The notes below the pieces were generated by a model. It was given only the letters and a program-made list of their open reading frames with translations, made no database searches and was not told the DNA's origin. DNA of 63,343 nt, counting the filler, from Octopus bimaculoides (Eukaryota): the NCBI RefSeq assembly GCF_001194135.2. It is 5 parts of 4 records of this genome, joined end to end, with 100 filler letters (N's around TTAATTAATTAA, not from the genome) between each part and the next. Parts side by side here need not be neighbours in the genome. Positions count along the whole stretch, not along the records: positions 61,713 to 63,343 come from NC_068986.1; 4 more parts are not named here. One strand, 5' to 3'. Both the position numbers and the translations under genes were made by a program. Position 1 is the stretch's first letter. Every line of letters begins with the position of its first letter. Shown here piece by piece: positions 61,713 to 63,343 of this stretch.

Positions 61713-63343
61713 TATATAATTATATATATACACACATAGATCTGTGGTGGGGTAATACCTAAGCTACACTACTTGTCTAATTTTGAATATGAAGTGTAGA
61801 TTAGCGTCGTAGATTATAATCATTCGAGCGTACTTTTCACTAAAAGATTATTACACACTAAACATAAATATATGAGACCTATCAATTGTCTCCACTATAT
61901 TGATACTGAACGTTGTCTGATACTTGACGTTTACAAATACATTAGTTAATTCAATTTATGTATAGCGGCCACAACAATTACATTATTGAATTCGTTAGTG
62001 ATTGTATATTTTATTTGCTTATTTAAACGATGCCATAAATTTTTAATGTATACGGTTCATACTTTATCAGTAGCTTTACTTAAGAAAATTGCAAACATTT
62101 TCTTGATGTCTTAGTAAATTTTATTAGGAAAATTTCATAAAAGAGTAGCTGTAGTTGGATACTAAAAATCCGCCTACGTTGACAACGACTGACCAAGTTC
62201 AGCCAATCGTCTTGTGAATCTCATGACAGCAGCCGCACGGATATTCAATATTTTCTGTTTTCCGAATGGATTGGATCATGATGGATCAGCGTTTCATAGT
62301 CTTATATTTCACATTATCAAAACTTTATTAACAATAAACATTTATTTGTTTAACAATTGCCGTTTTCCGCCAAGGGATTGATCTCACAATAGACCTATCG
62401 TTTTCATATCACATTAGGTAGGTCCAATAAAAGAGAAAATGATATAATTTGATGCGAAAGAGAATCAATCAATTGTTTGGGATTTGGATATGTAATTCAT
62501 ATTTATATTGTTGAACGGAATTTATGACGAAAGGTGTCTTTAAATGTAAATAGTGTATGCAATGTTTCTCTAAACCAATCTCCAATAATTATGCTGTTGT
62601 AGATCTCTGATAATAAGTATAATGACGTGTGTGCAACGGGAATACATGCAATTTAATGTAATCAATTTCCTAACACTTTATGTAATACGGTATTATAGGA
62701 GCAATAAATATGTTGATTTCATCTACAGCACTACTGAAAATAGTTTAAGCACCTTACGCCTTCAGTTAAAGTCCATTTCTTATTCACCCTTCACTCGCTA
62801 CTCATAAAATATTTTGTATTTGTGCTTGTGATGACTTGGCCGAATACAAACCTGATCAAGCAGTTATATTATTAAATATATTGAATCCCTAATAATCCGT
62901 TTCTTTGTATATGATGTAGTTAGTAGAGAATGATTGACTCATTTGAATACTTATCTCTTGTACACGTACGTGGATGTGCCTAAAGAAAAGTGACCAGCAT
63001 TGCTCAGAAATTGCCGTGCAATACAAATCTGAGAGACATAACTAGCACTGTCCTGTTTTTGTTACCACATTCACACTCCGCGAAAAATCACAGACTTTAT
63101 TTATTTTACTTTGCGGGAAGGGCTGTTTTAACGAAGTCACATCTTGTCGTTACCTTCGAAACGCGGATTAGATAAAACAGGGGGAAACTGATTAAGGGAA
63201 TGTTCTTTATGTTGCATATTTCGTTTCTCATTATGTCAACGTTTTTTTAATGTCCTGCACCCAGATATACATGTATATATACATATATATGTATGTATGT
63301 GCATATATGCATATATTTATATATTATTTATATTATATATATA

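Noticed and set aside
62823-62862. C/D box snoRNA (gTGATGA..CTGA with tgcttg/caagca stem)
   Set aside because: Only 17 nt between boxes and non-canonical K-turn register; too short

Overview
AT-rich, gap-riddled eukaryotic genomic DNA. It is dominated by microsatellites, tRNA-derived SINEs and decayed LINEs and DNA transposons. The repeat landscape resembles octopus/cephalopod DNA; this is an inference from pattern recognition and no search was run. Four identical 100-bp artificial spacers (44 N + TTAATTAATTAA + 44 N) split the window into five blocks whose adjacency is not assured. Nearly all listed ORFs are microsatellite or N-gap artefacts, and no complete host gene is visible. There is one good candidate exon encoding a single transmembrane segment (28861-29042) and a few weaker ones. 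Recognisable elements are RTE/BovB-like, CR1/L2-like and two Tx1/L1-like LINE relics, three Tc1/mariner relics, and several MITEs with clear target-site duplications. The best candidate for novelty is a short element at 21774-22053 (minus strand). It joins a pol III tRNA-like head, an (AAT)n linker and a tail carrying a minimal Penelope-type hammerhead ribozyme; a second, decayed copy of the tail lies at about 52.4 kb. Also notable are a Tx1-like LINE whose hairpin-rich 5' end starts exactly inside a SINE tRNA head, two long palindrome structures, and a ~100-bp MITE family with 9-bp TSDs and a TTAGGG core.
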